Below are positions 39,297 to 47,873 of a stretch of 64,000 nt of DNA, piece by piece (position 1 is the stretch's first letter; the number at the start of each line of letters is the position of its first letter). This stretch comes from Candidatus Saccharimonadales bacterium (lineage in GTDB: Bacteria > Patescibacteriota > Saccharimonadia > Saccharimonadales > JACDFO01). A program made the translations under genes and the position numbers. The stretch is from positions 54,274 through 118,273 of the forward strand of contig JBBSLJ010000001.1 of the NCBI GenBank assembly GCA_038255465.1. The letters run 5' to 3'. Below the pieces are notes generated by a model. It was not told the DNA's origin. It made no database searches and saw only the letters and a program-made list of their open reading frames with translations.

Positions 39297-40415
39297 TTAG
39301 AGCCAGGTTGGCCCTTCGCTCGTGTCGAGAACTGGGTCGGTCTCCGCCTGCGCGACCTCGTCCTGGCTGATGGGCCAGAGATCGGTCTTGCTACGGAAGA
39401 GGTCGCCCTTCTGCGGCACGCGGATGTCCTTGCGGAGTGCCGCTTGCGCGCCGATGGGGATGTTGGCCACCGAACGAGCGATGCGCTGGGCATCGGAGGC
39501 ACTGACGTTGTTGGTCGTCAGGAAGTCGATCACCTGGTCCAGGCTGAGCGTGCCCTCGGTGAGGCCGATGATGGTGGCCTGCACCTGCGGCAGCAGCCTG
39601 GTGTCCGGCAACACGATGACGCGGTCACCACCGAACACGTTGGTCCAGAATCTGGACGTTGACGAACTGCTCCCGACTTGCAGGAAGAAGGCATGCGCCC
39701 GCTTCAGCAGGTCAGCAACGACCTCCTTGGTCGTTGGCAAATCGTTGGCGTCGATTTGGAAGCCGTTGGCAGCAACCTTCTCGAACACCTCATTGCCGAA
39801 GACCCGCTTGAGCTGCTTCTCGCTCAACTGATCCCGTGCCGGAGCGTCAGAAATGGTGAAGTCGAAGCCCTTGAGACCAATGCGGTTGATGTACGCATTG
39901 ACGAGGTAGGCGCCGCCGAAGAGTCCGTAGTGCGGATCCTCCTCTACGTCGGCTCCTGCCCGCTCCGGCACCATCAGCGTCAGTTGCTCGACGATCTTCT
40001 CGGCGAGCATCTCGAATTGCGGCCGACAGAGCACGAAGCGGTCTCGGACGTCACCGAATATGCCGGTGGCCATGTGCAGGTCGTAGCCCGGAAGCACGCC
40101 GCTGCAGAGGTCGTAGGCATCCGGCAAAACACCGATTGCCACATCGACGTTGCCTCCCATGCTGCCGGTGGTGTCCAAACGCGTCTCAACCGGCATGGAA
40201 GTGCCGATTGTCAGCTCGTACAGCCCGTTCGGGAGCTGCTCAAAGCGCAGACGCGACGGACGGACAACGCCGTACTCCGCCGGGTCAACCAGCGGGTTCA
40301 GCTTGCCCGTATCGCGAGCCTTCTGCTCGGCTGCCCGGGTCGCAGGACCGCTAGGCGGTACGTACGCTCTAGATGCCGAGGCATAGGACGCCCTTGTAAA
40401 AGTATCTCTTCCCAT
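39297..40415 (-). CDS. Hypothetical protein with a possible vWA/MIDAS-like DxTGSM motif
   Basis: 372 aa. RLDTTGSMGG resembles the vWA MIDAS DxSGSM motif. The rest is unrecognised, so the assignment is tentative. Confidence 0.45.
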   Translation of the reverse strand: MGRDTFTRASYASASRAYVPPSGPATRAAEQKARDTGKLNPLVDPAEYGVVRPSRLRFEQLPNGLYELTIGTSMPVETRLDTTGSMGGNVDVAIGVLPDAYDLCSGVLPGYDLHMATGIFGDVRDRFVLCRPQFEMLAEKIVEQLTLMVPERAGADVEEDPHYGLFGGAYLVNAYINRIGLKGFDFTISDAPARDQLSEKQLKRVFGNEVFEKVAANGFQIDANDLPTTKEVVADLLKRAHAFFLQVGSSSSTSRFWTNVFGGDRVIVLPDTRLLPQVQATIIGLTEGTLSLDQVIDFLTTNNVSASDAQRIARSVANIPIGAQAALRKDIRVPQKGDLFRSKTDLWPISQDEVAQAETDPVLDTSEGPTWL

Positions 40416-40441
40416 TGTCTGCTGTCCTTTGTTCGGGCCGC

Positions 40442-41254
40442 TTACAGCGGCAGGGTGGTGAATTCAACAAACGTACGCCCCCAGAGCTCTTCGACCAGTT
40501 CATAGAACTGCGCGTGAGCTCTATCAGCCTTGTGTTCACGACGACTTGCCAGGCGCCAAAGGCACTCGACATATCGACCGAACTCCTCACTGTCGTATGG
40601 ATAATTGCCAGTGATAGGATCTCCACCAATGGCAGCAAACACTGCTTTTGCAGCGCCTGCGATATCATCCTTGCGAATTTCCACCGGTATCCCCGTCTGG
40701 TGCATCTGTGCAGACGACCAGTCAAAGACAACGGCGAAATGCTGTTGCGGTTCAAGCAGGATGTTGGCCGCCGTGAGCGAACCAACAGCGATGCCGTCAC
40801 CGTGAGCGAGACCTAGCAGCTTAAGAAGCCTGCCCATAATCCAGGCGCTAGACCTGAGATCAACACGCAGATGGTCTTTGGCCACTAGGTTACTGAGCGG
40901 CACCATCTGCTTTACATCGTCCACTTCCGTGAAAGCCAGGATGTTAACCCGACGGCCACCTTGGTCTTCAGCGATGAAGCCGTCTACCATGAGGGGAAAC
41001 AAACGATCATAGCTAAGCAACCTACCCGAACCGGTCTTAGCGTATTCCGCTTCGAACAGATCGGCTGTTTGCTTCAGTTCCTTCAGGACATACGTAGCCC
41101 TTTCGAGACTGCCGTTGTGTGCTACGCCTGACACGATCTGCAACAGATACGGCTTGTCGTTGTCCACCTCTTGACAGAGATAAACCCGATACAAGTCTGT
41201 TTCTGCGACTTTCGCGCCAACACGATATTTGCACGTACCACTCTCGACGATCAC
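40442..41254 (-). CDS. Small-molecule kinase-like protein (APH / fructosamine-kinase-like phosphotransferase fold); first gene of the cassette
   Basis: 270 aa. HGDGIAVGSLTAANILLEP is a Brenner-type HGDxxxxN catalytic loop, and FAVVFDWSSA is a D(F/W)x metal-binding motif. Confidence 0.6.
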   Translation of the reverse strand: MIVESGTCKYRVGAKVAETDLYRVYLCQEVDNDKPYLLQIVSGVAHNGSLERATYVLKELKQTADLFEAEYAKTGSGRLLSYDRLFPLMVDGFIAEDQGGRRVNILAFTEVDDVKQMVPLSNLVAKDHLRVDLRSSAWIMGRLLKLLGLAHGDGIAVGSLTAANILLEPQQHFAVVFDWSSAQMHQTGIPVEIRKDDIAGAAKAVFAAIGGDPITGNYPYDSEEFGRYVECLWRLASRREHKADRAHAQFYELVEELWGRTFVEFTTLPL

Positions 41255-41443
41255 CGGTGCATCACCTCCCTTGTCAGGTACAGTTGAAACTACGGATATT
41301 TATATACATGCGTGATGTATGTGCGTGTATTTGAACCTAATTGTTAAAGAGCTGGTATAACGACCCTTTAGTTAGTGTAGCATGTACACAAACATTCGTC
41401 ACGTACTTTATTATTACATTTACACTTGTTTAAGTCAATCATT

Positions 41444-41456
41444 TCACCCCTGTTAA
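41444..41456 (-). promoter_or_regulatory. Copy of the recurrent motif TCACCCCTGTTAA (minus-strand reading TTAACAGGGGTGA) about 190 bp upstream of the cassette kinase gene
   Basis: It has the same sequence and orientation relative to the downstream minus-strand gene as the copies at 4929..4960 and 57488..57500. Confidence 0.4.
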
Positions 41457-41559
41457 GCACGAGCATTTATCACTATCATTTCATTGCGTAATCGCATTCG
41501 GTTAAAATTGCGATCACCCAATCTTATGACCACATTGATATTTAATCTGCCCACTATGT

Positions 41560-43809
41560 ATGGTCTCATTTGCTTTAAAATCAAATTTTAATTACCATAA
41601 GCGGATGGATACTAGTGAGCTCTTAGGAGCCGCAGCGTTGGCTGAGCCGGCACAAAAAAAACATGAATTTGAAGAAATCACAGAGTCCCAGCCTGCTTCT
41701 ACTATTGACCGATTGCAACAATTAGAAGTATTAAAAGAAGTTGCAGATGTTATGCGAGAAGATCCTGCTGTTTCTTCTATGTTTGATGTTGTACGTCAAA
41801 CTCCTGATATTTTTACTGAAATCCAACCCGTTTTATCTCGTGATAAAGAATTTGACTCGGCAGCCTTACCTGGCGAGCTACACCGTACTTTTACTCCCTT
41901 ATTTGCCGGGATTAGCATGTCGCGTCGCGGAAGCACCCTACTTGAGCTTGCCATCGACAGACACACCGACTGTGAGGCTGAGCAGCTTTGGGGTTTAATT
42001 ATCAAAGGAGAGGCGTACACTTCCGAGCTTGTTGTTGGATCGGGAGTTCATGCAGCTATTTATAATTCAGAGCGCATGACGGCTGATCCAAAAGTGCCGG
42101 CACTTACAATTGACGGTGGTGCCAGCGCGGGCGGACAATTTGCGGGTCCAGAGGGACCAGTCTGGTTTTTGAACACACGTACCAGGCCTGAGGATCCCGA
42201 CGCACCTAATGTCCCGGGGGGCAAGGGCAGCTTGAATACACTAGAGCGTGGCGTTCTTCAACAGTCTGATATCAGCGGATCATCATATGCCTCTCAAGAT
42301 ACATTAGCCCTACCAACGCAAGTCAATCATCTTTTATATAGTAAAGTGCTCAATAGAACGGAAGTTGTTCGTGTTGAGGAAAACAATAGCGATGAAAGCG
42401 GCCGACCAGGATTATACAAAGTGACCTTGAGGTGCGGAGAGCTAGAAGAAGCAACAGTTACTACTGACAGACTAGTTTTTGCGAGTGGTCTTGGTGACCC
42501 AGTTACTGGTTTTGAAAACAGTGACCAAGATACGCAGGATATTATTGAGGAAGAAAAAGCAAAATTTAAACGCGGCGAAGATGCCCAGATCATGACATTC
42601 GAACAATTTGCCGAACGTGTCGGTGACGAAAGCGACCCATTCCCGCTAAGACCCTTTGGGTGGGTGGCAGTAATCGGCCCGGGCGACGGCGGAGCTGTTG
42701 CCGCCGAATACCTATTGGGTAGTGGGCCATCGACACGCATGTCTTCTACCCAGCTTGATCAGGTTCAAGAAGTATTTTGGATCGGCCAAAAAGCCGAAAC
42801 TCGCGAAGAATATATGCAATCAAGCCGGCAGCGTTATCGTAATCTCGGCCTTGAATTCCCAGTTGATACCAAAAGCGGCTATGCTCACCGGCTCACACCT
42901 ATACCAACTCGAGCCTATAAAATTGAGCGAACCGAAGATGGCCGCATCAAGATACTCCATGGGAGGCGTGAAACTGACGGGACTATTACCCACGTTGATG
43001 ATGTCGTGGTTGATCATGTAGTTCTTGCAACTGGTTTCAAAAAAAAGACAGAGAAAATTTGCAGTTCTGTTCTTAAGCCCGACCATGAGGGCAAGGTTGA
43101 CGAATTTGTAACGGTAGATGACGGCTGGGCAATTGCTAGAAGATATTCAGGAACTCAAATATACATTGTTGGGCCGGCAGCCGAATTACCTGTTAGCCGC
43201 CAAGATAGAGATACTTCTCCAGCCATGAAAAGGGGGAAGGTCATATCGAAAACGGTGGCCGTATGGGCTAGCGCAGAGGAAACGGCAGCGGCAGCTAGAT
43301 TGCTTAGCTCACAGAAGCCAGACGGAGAGCGCCCGGCTAGTCTAACTACTAAGCAAACTGCTAAGGTTGAGCCCGTTGAACTCCCGCCAATAGACCTATC
43401 GAATAATCAACAAGGGTCACAAATGGTGGCTGAGGTTGCAAAAGAAAAAATTCATAGTCTTTTGCCACACGATGCCAATTCAGAAGACATTACCCGATTA
43501 GCAGTTGGAACTGCATTACATAGGTACGTTTTCCCTGAGTCATTAGATAGTATACGTTTAACTATCCAAAGGATAAGCGAATCTGAAAACGGCTGGCGTT
43601 TTGATGTTAAGACAAATGTCGGCTTTCCGCAGTCTCCAGAATATATACGCCTTATGGACGACCTTATAGGCGAGCCTCTGTTGCAATCCGTTCTAGTAAG
43701 GCTAACTGAGCGGTCCGTCCACTCTTCTCAGACCGCAGTTTTAGACATCCCCTTATCCATGAGAAAAGTCTCTATAGGTGAAGTTGAGATTCGCGTCAAA
43801 CGCCGCTAG
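41560..43809 (+). CDS. Flavin-dependent (class B, N-hydroxylating/FMO-like) monooxygenase-like protein with N- and C-terminal extensions
   Basis: 749 aa. Two dinucleotide-binding motifs (LVVGSGVHAAIYN; VAVIGPGDGGAVAAEYLL) and a late VLATGF (ATG motif). About 130 aa at the N-terminus and about 190 aa at the C-terminus are unassigned. Confidence 0.55.
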   Translation: MVSFALKSNFNYHKRMDTSELLGAAALAEPAQKKHEFEEITESQPASTIDRLQQLEVLKEVADVMREDPAVSSMFDVVRQTPDIFTEIQPVLSRDKEFDSAALPGELHRTFTPLFAGISMSRRGSTLLELAIDRHTDCEAEQLWGLIIKGEAYTSELVVGSGVHAAIYNSERMTADPKVPALTIDGGASAGGQFAGPEGPVWFLNTRTRPEDPDAPNVPGGKGSLNTLERGVLQQSDISGSSYASQDTLALPTQVNHLLYSKVLNRTEVVRVEENNSDESGRPGLYKVTLRCGELEEATVTTDRLVFASGLGDPVTGFENSDQDTQDIIEEEKAKFKRGEDAQIMTFEQFAERVGDESDPFPLRPFGWVAVIGPGDGGAVAAEYLLGSGPSTRMSSTQLDQVQEVFWIGQKAETREEYMQSSRQRYRNLGLEFPVDTKSGYAHRLTPIPTRAYKIERTEDGRIKILHGRRETDGTITHVDDVVVDHVVLATGFKKKTEKICSSVLKPDHEGKVDEFVTVDDGWAIARRYSGTQIYIVGPAAELPVSRQDRDTSPAMKRGKVISKTVAVWASAEETAAAARLLSSQKPDGERPASLTTKQTAKVEPVELPPIDLSNNQQGSQMVAEVAKEKIHSLLPHDANSEDITRLAVGTALHRYVFPESLDSIRLTIQRISESENGWRFDVKTNVGFPQSPEYIRLMDDLIGEPLLQSVLVRLTERSVHSSQTAVLDIPLSMRKVSIGEVEIRVKRR

Positions 43810-44864
43810 GCGGTCGGTTTTAGTAGAGAAAACTGGCGGGAGATGTTACGCAAATCGTTTATGTCTCGCAGTTGCTCAATATCGCTCGGTTCTTTAAGGT
43901 CAGTAAGTGGGTATAGGGCATTCATGCCCGCAACGATTGACGCGATACTGTCCGTGTCACCGCCAAGCTCTACGGCTTGCCAAACGTTTTCCGGGAAACT
44001 GGCTTTCAGTACAAAAGCGCCGTAGGCCCGTCCGAGTGTACCGATTGAATCAAACCCGCCCTTCGGATTATGTCGAATCACCTCCCGAGCATCAAGTACG
44101 CCGAAATTAGACTTGAGTGCCATCCTGCCAAGACGCCTGCTGAGTATTGGTTCTTTCAGGGTTTGATCCATGCCGACATAGGCGTATTCAGCCATTTTGG
44201 CTATCTCAACCGCAGCATCAAGTAGCATTTGCCTAGAGTTAGCATCACCCTCGAGTAACCACCCTAGTACATCGTGGTGTACTCGGGCTGTCATGGCAGA
44301 AAAAGCATTGTCATGTGTCATACGAGCAAACTGCTCAACTACTTTGTCGCTCTCTGCAGAAGGCAAATTGCTAACTGCATGAAAGTACGCCAGTGGTGCT
44401 AGTTTCATAAGAACACCATTACCTAAACCGCCTTCTTCCCCGGACTCGCTCCAATGCCTGCCGCTAGCCAACCGCTCCATACTGCGAATTGTGCTGCGGC
44501 CAAAGCCAAATTTCTGTGGACCAAACGCCTCTGCATACCGTCCATAGGCAGTAATATGTTCGACAGCGACCGCATCCAATACATCCCCGCCATGTTTTTG
44601 GGTTTGAATAATTGCTTTGGTAACTGCCAGTGACAAAATCGTGTCATCGCTCCATCCACCCGTAGGTTGCCTGTCTATATATGGGTTCTTGGTAGTTGGT
44701 TGCAGGCTGTGAGGATCTTCGCCATTCGCGACCCGTTCACGCATGTGCTCAGCAATTGCCCCGGCTTTCATTGTTTCATATGGCAACCCAGCACTATCGC
44801 CGTAAGCTATCCACGGCAACAACCGCTCACCACATTCTTGTAGTGCGGCTTCCTCTTTGATCAT
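43806..44864 (-). CDS. ADP-ribosylglycohydrolase family protein
   Basis: 352 aa. The N-terminal YGDSAGLPYE matches the ARH/DraG GDALGxPxE motif. Confidence 0.8.
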   Translation of the reverse strand: MIKEEAALQECGERLLPWIAYGDSAGLPYETMKAGAIAEHMRERVANGEDPHSLQPTTKNPYIDRQPTGGWSDDTILSLAVTKAIIQTQKHGGDVLDAVAVEHITAYGRYAEAFGPQKFGFGRSTIRSMERLASGRHWSESGEEGGLGNGVLMKLAPLAYFHAVSNLPSAESDKVVEQFARMTHDNAFSAMTARVHHDVLGWLLEGDANSRQMLLDAAVEIAKMAEYAYVGMDQTLKEPILSRRLGRMALKSNFGVLDAREVIRHNPKGGFDSIGTLGRAYGAFVLKASFPENVWQAVELGGDTDSIASIVAGMNALYPLTDLKEPSDIEQLRDINDLRNISRQFSLLKPTA

Positions 44865-45679
44865 AATTGTCTCTCTTGTTCCAATAGTGGCGGAATACTA
44901 TCCGCAAAAGTCAGCAACGCTTCGTCGCTGTAGCGCTTACGTTCAATATGCACCCATTCTCCATTATTCCAGGATTTTGTTTCATCCCACGGGCTGATTG
45001 ATCGTCGCCATTCAATTCTAGGCCCCATTTTTCCTGTCTCCGGATTGACACGTGAATAATGCATGATCTGGCAGTTCCATATTTTATAATCATCGTCATT
45101 TTCCTGAGCCAGCCATTCGAATGTATCAAGACCCTCAAGCACGTACTTGGCCGCATTTATAAAGTCACCGTGGGTAACTGCAATAACGCTTTGGCCATCG
45201 CATTCACGGTGCAAGGTATTTTGAATACGCTCATAACGTAACCGCACGCCGCTAGCCAGTGACTCGCCGCCTGGCGGACACCAGTACCAGTAATTTTGAC
45301 CCTTGAGTTTATGGCTATGTTTAAATTGCTGCAAGCGTTCTTCATCGTTCAAAAGCCCGTACTCACCCCAGTCACGCTCACGCCACAAATCCTCTTTTTT
45401 CCAGCGACCTCCAAGCCCGAGTAAACCTGCAGTCTTTATGGTGCGGATTAAAGGAGATGTAAAATAGTGGTCAAAGCCTTCGGGAAACTCCCGTCGCAAC
45501 CATTCACCAGCCGACTGGGCCTGCTCTACTCCCTGTGGTGCTAACACCATTTCGCTGTCGTGACGATCGTGGAAACCATCCGGAATTTCAAAACCAGGCG
45601 CCTTTTTTACGCGCGCTTGAATCTCATTTGCTTCAGACCGACCATGGCGCACCATCACTAGATCTCTTGGCATCCCCAT
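44861..45679 (-). CDS. Histidine phosphatase superfamily protein (phosphoglycerate-mutase-like)
   Basis: LVMVRHGRSEAN is the RHG catalytic motif. I propose the start at the ATG at 45679, preceded by AAGGAG at the right spacing. The ORF track extends to a TTG at 45742, which I consider less likely. Confidence 0.7.
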   Translation of the reverse strand: MGMPRDLVMVRHGRSEANEIQARVKKAPGFEIPDGFHDRHDSEMVLAPQGVEQAQSAGEWLRREFPEGFDHYFTSPLIRTIKTAGLLGLGGRWKKEDLWRERDWGEYGLLNDEERLQQFKHSHKLKGQNYWYWCPPGGESLASGVRLRYERIQNTLHRECDGQSVIAVTHGDFINAAKYVLEGLDTFEWLAQENDDDYKIWNCQIMHYSRVNPETGKMGPRIEWRRSISPWDETKSWNNGEWVHIERKRYSDEALLTFADSIPPLLEQERQL

Positions 45680-45748
45680 ATATATCTCCTTTGTATATAT
45701 TGAAACATTTACTGCTAATAAAACCATGTGCAGTATTAGCAAGCTATA

Positions 45749-45769
45749 TTAGTGTTGACAATACACTAA
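45749..45769. promoter_or_regulatory. Candidate NrtR operator: perfect 21-bp palindrome TTAGTGT-tgacaat-ACACTAA
   Basis: It lies in the divergent region between the histidine phosphatase (-) and pncA (+), about 67 bp upstream of pncA. The arms match the nadD/nadE site at 29912..29932. Confidence 0.5.
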
Positions 45770-45835
45770 GTATCATCTACTATCCATTATACACAGTAAG
45801 TGTGTATACAACAATAAGTAGTAGAGGAGTAGATT

Positions 45836-46555
45836 ATGAAAAACGTAGAGACATTCGACGAAGTCATAGCAATTAACGTAGATGTACAGAACGACTTTTG
45901 TCCTGGCGGTGCTCTGGCGGTGGCAGAAGGCGATATGGTAGTAGAACCATTAAACAAGGTTAATGACTGGGTACGTGACCAGGACGGTAAAGTCATCTTC
46001 ACGGGCGACTGGCACCCGCGTGAAACTGCCCACTTTGCAAACAATGGCGGCCCCTGGCCTGCCCATTGTGTCCGTTATACGGCTGGCGCAGCTTTTCACG
46101 ACGACTTAAAAGTAACTGACAACGACACCGTGGCGCTAAAAGGCACTGGTACTAAAGACGATGGTTATTCTGGCTGGTTTGCCGCCTTTGGCGCTGAAAG
46201 TCCTATATATCGGACATATACCGAGAAGGATGACGGCGTTAGCAGTGTCCAGGCCGCAATATTAGAAGCCGTCTGGTTGTATAAAGAAAATCAAAGGAAA
46301 GTTGCAGTTGTAATAGGCGGCTTAGCCACCGATTATTGCGTTAAAGCCACCGTGCTAGACGCCCTAAAAGGTGCCAAGAGTGCAGAGCGCTATGCCGCAA
46401 AAATCGGTATTTTTGTCCTTGAGGACGCTATCCGTGCAGTTGATGTAAATCCTGGAGACGGCGACCGTGCAGTCGATGAAATGAAAGCCGCCGGAGCAGT
46501 CTTTACCACAGCCGAAGAGTTATTAAGCGGCAAATTATTTGAAGTTACGGCGTAA
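45836..46555 (+). CDS. pncA: Nicotinamidase (isochorismatase family)
   Basis: 239 aa. Starts with VDVQNDFCPGGALAV (Asp-Lys-Cys triad family) and has a Shine-Dalgarno sequence upstream. Confidence 0.8.
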   Translation: MKNVETFDEVIAINVDVQNDFCPGGALAVAEGDMVVEPLNKVNDWVRDQDGKVIFTGDWHPRETAHFANNGGPWPAHCVRYTAGAAFHDDLKVTDNDTVALKGTGTKDDGYSGWFAAFGAESPIYRTYTEKDDGVSSVQAAILEAVWLYKENQRKVAVVIGGLATDYCVKATVLDALKGAKSAERYAAKIGIFVLEDAIRAVDVNPGDGDRAVDEMKAAGAVFTTAEELLSGKLFEVTA

Positions 46556-47831
46556 GGATCAAACCATGGAACAATCACCACTTCCCTACGGCCCCGAGCT
46601 AGAAAGAACATACATTACCGCCGGACTCGACTACTACAAGCCGACCATGAGCCAGCTTGCGTACGAGAATGAACCAAATGCCGAAGTAACATTCACCTTC
46701 AAAAATCGCGGCGATCAACGGCTGGCCGATTACATTGATCCGATAGCTTTGCAAGAGCGTTTTGACAGCATTCGCGAACAAGGCTTTAATGCCGAAGAAC
46801 TGGATTACTTAGCTGGCATCCTAAACAGTCGGGGCGATCGTACATTTAGCGACGAATATCTTGAACACTTGCGCAGCGGCCAGTTACCGGCTGTTGACGT
46901 TACCCTGGGTAACGACGATATCGCTATTGAAACAACTGGTGGCTGGAGCCTGGTTAGCTTTTGGGAAACAGTCATAATGAGCGAAGTAAACGAGGCGTAC
47001 TTTGAAGGCTACGTACGAGCGCAAGGGCTCGACATCTTTGAAGTTTACAATGAGGGTGACCGCCGGCTTAGCGAAAAAATCAAAACACTAAAAGCCAATC
47101 CAGACATTAAAATCGTGGACTTTGGTACTAGGCGGCATTTTAGCCAACGCTGGCAGAGTCATGTTGTGAATCGCTTGCTAGCTGAATGCCCAGATAATGT
47201 AATCGGCACAAGCAATGTTGCCTTGGCACAGGCAAACAATATCAAACCGGTTGGCACATTTGCCCATGAAATGCCCATGACGTATGCAGGTCTTGCCGAT
47301 GCACGAGGCCAAGATATAAAAGAATCACACAACCGCTTTATTGGTGACTGGTTTGCGCGCTACGGCGACGACCTGTCTACGGCGCTAACCGACACCTTTG
47401 GTAGTGATTTCTTCTTTAGCGATTTTACGCTTGAGCAGGCCACAAAATGGCGTGCTCTGCGTCATGATTCAGGTGATCCGGTTGAATTCGGCGAAAAAGC
47501 TTTGGCTTTTTATGAAGCCAACGGAATTGATCCAAAAACAAAAACCATCGTTTTTAGTGACGGCTTGGATATTAATGAAATCGTAAGACTGCATGACAAA
47601 TTTAGCGATCGAATCAATGTTACGTTTGGCTGGGGCACTACGCTTACAAACGATCTTGGGCCTAAATCCCTTAATATAGTCATGAAAGCCACTCACGTTG
47701 AGGATACGACTACTGGCCAGGAAGCAGATGAAGTAAAATTAAGCGACAACGCCGGCAAACACACTGGTCCAGAAATCAAAGTAAACGAATACGAATTAAT
47801 CTTTGGTGCAAAGGATTTGGCAGTTTGCTAA
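46539..47831 (+). CDS. pncB: Nicotinate phosphoribosyltransferase
   Basis: 430 aa. N-terminal TAGLDYYKPTMSQLAY and NAPRTase-family length. It overlaps the pncA stop. Confidence 0.85.
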   Translation: MKLRRKDQTMEQSPLPYGPELERTYITAGLDYYKPTMSQLAYENEPNAEVTFTFKNRGDQRLADYIDPIALQERFDSIREQGFNAEELDYLAGILNSRGDRTFSDEYLEHLRSGQLPAVDVTLGNDDIAIETTGGWSLVSFWETVIMSEVNEAYFEGYVRAQGLDIFEVYNEGDRRLSEKIKTLKANPDIKIVDFGTRRHFSQRWQSHVVNRLLAECPDNVIGTSNVALAQANNIKPVGTFAHEMPMTYAGLADARGQDIKESHNRFIGDWFARYGDDLSTALTDTFGSDFFFSDFTLEQATKWRALRHDSGDPVEFGEKALAFYEANGIDPKTKTIVFSDGLDINEIVRLHDKFSDRINVTFGWGTTLTNDLGPKSLNIVMKATHVEDTTTGQEADEVKLSDNAGKHTGPEIKVNEYELIFGAKDLAVC

Positions 47832-47873
47832 TCTTAGCAGTAAAGTCAGAAGATATTATGGAGATTACGCAAG

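Larger units (their letters stand above)
36540..41290. other. Compositionally anomalous GC-rich island (four minus-strand genes)
   Basis: GC rises abruptly by eye, to roughly 60% or more against mid-40s in the flanks. Long overlapping stop-free ORFs appear on both strands only here. It is bounded by GC-rich palindromes at 36545..36630 and an AT-rich region at 41290..41560. Confidence 0.7.
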
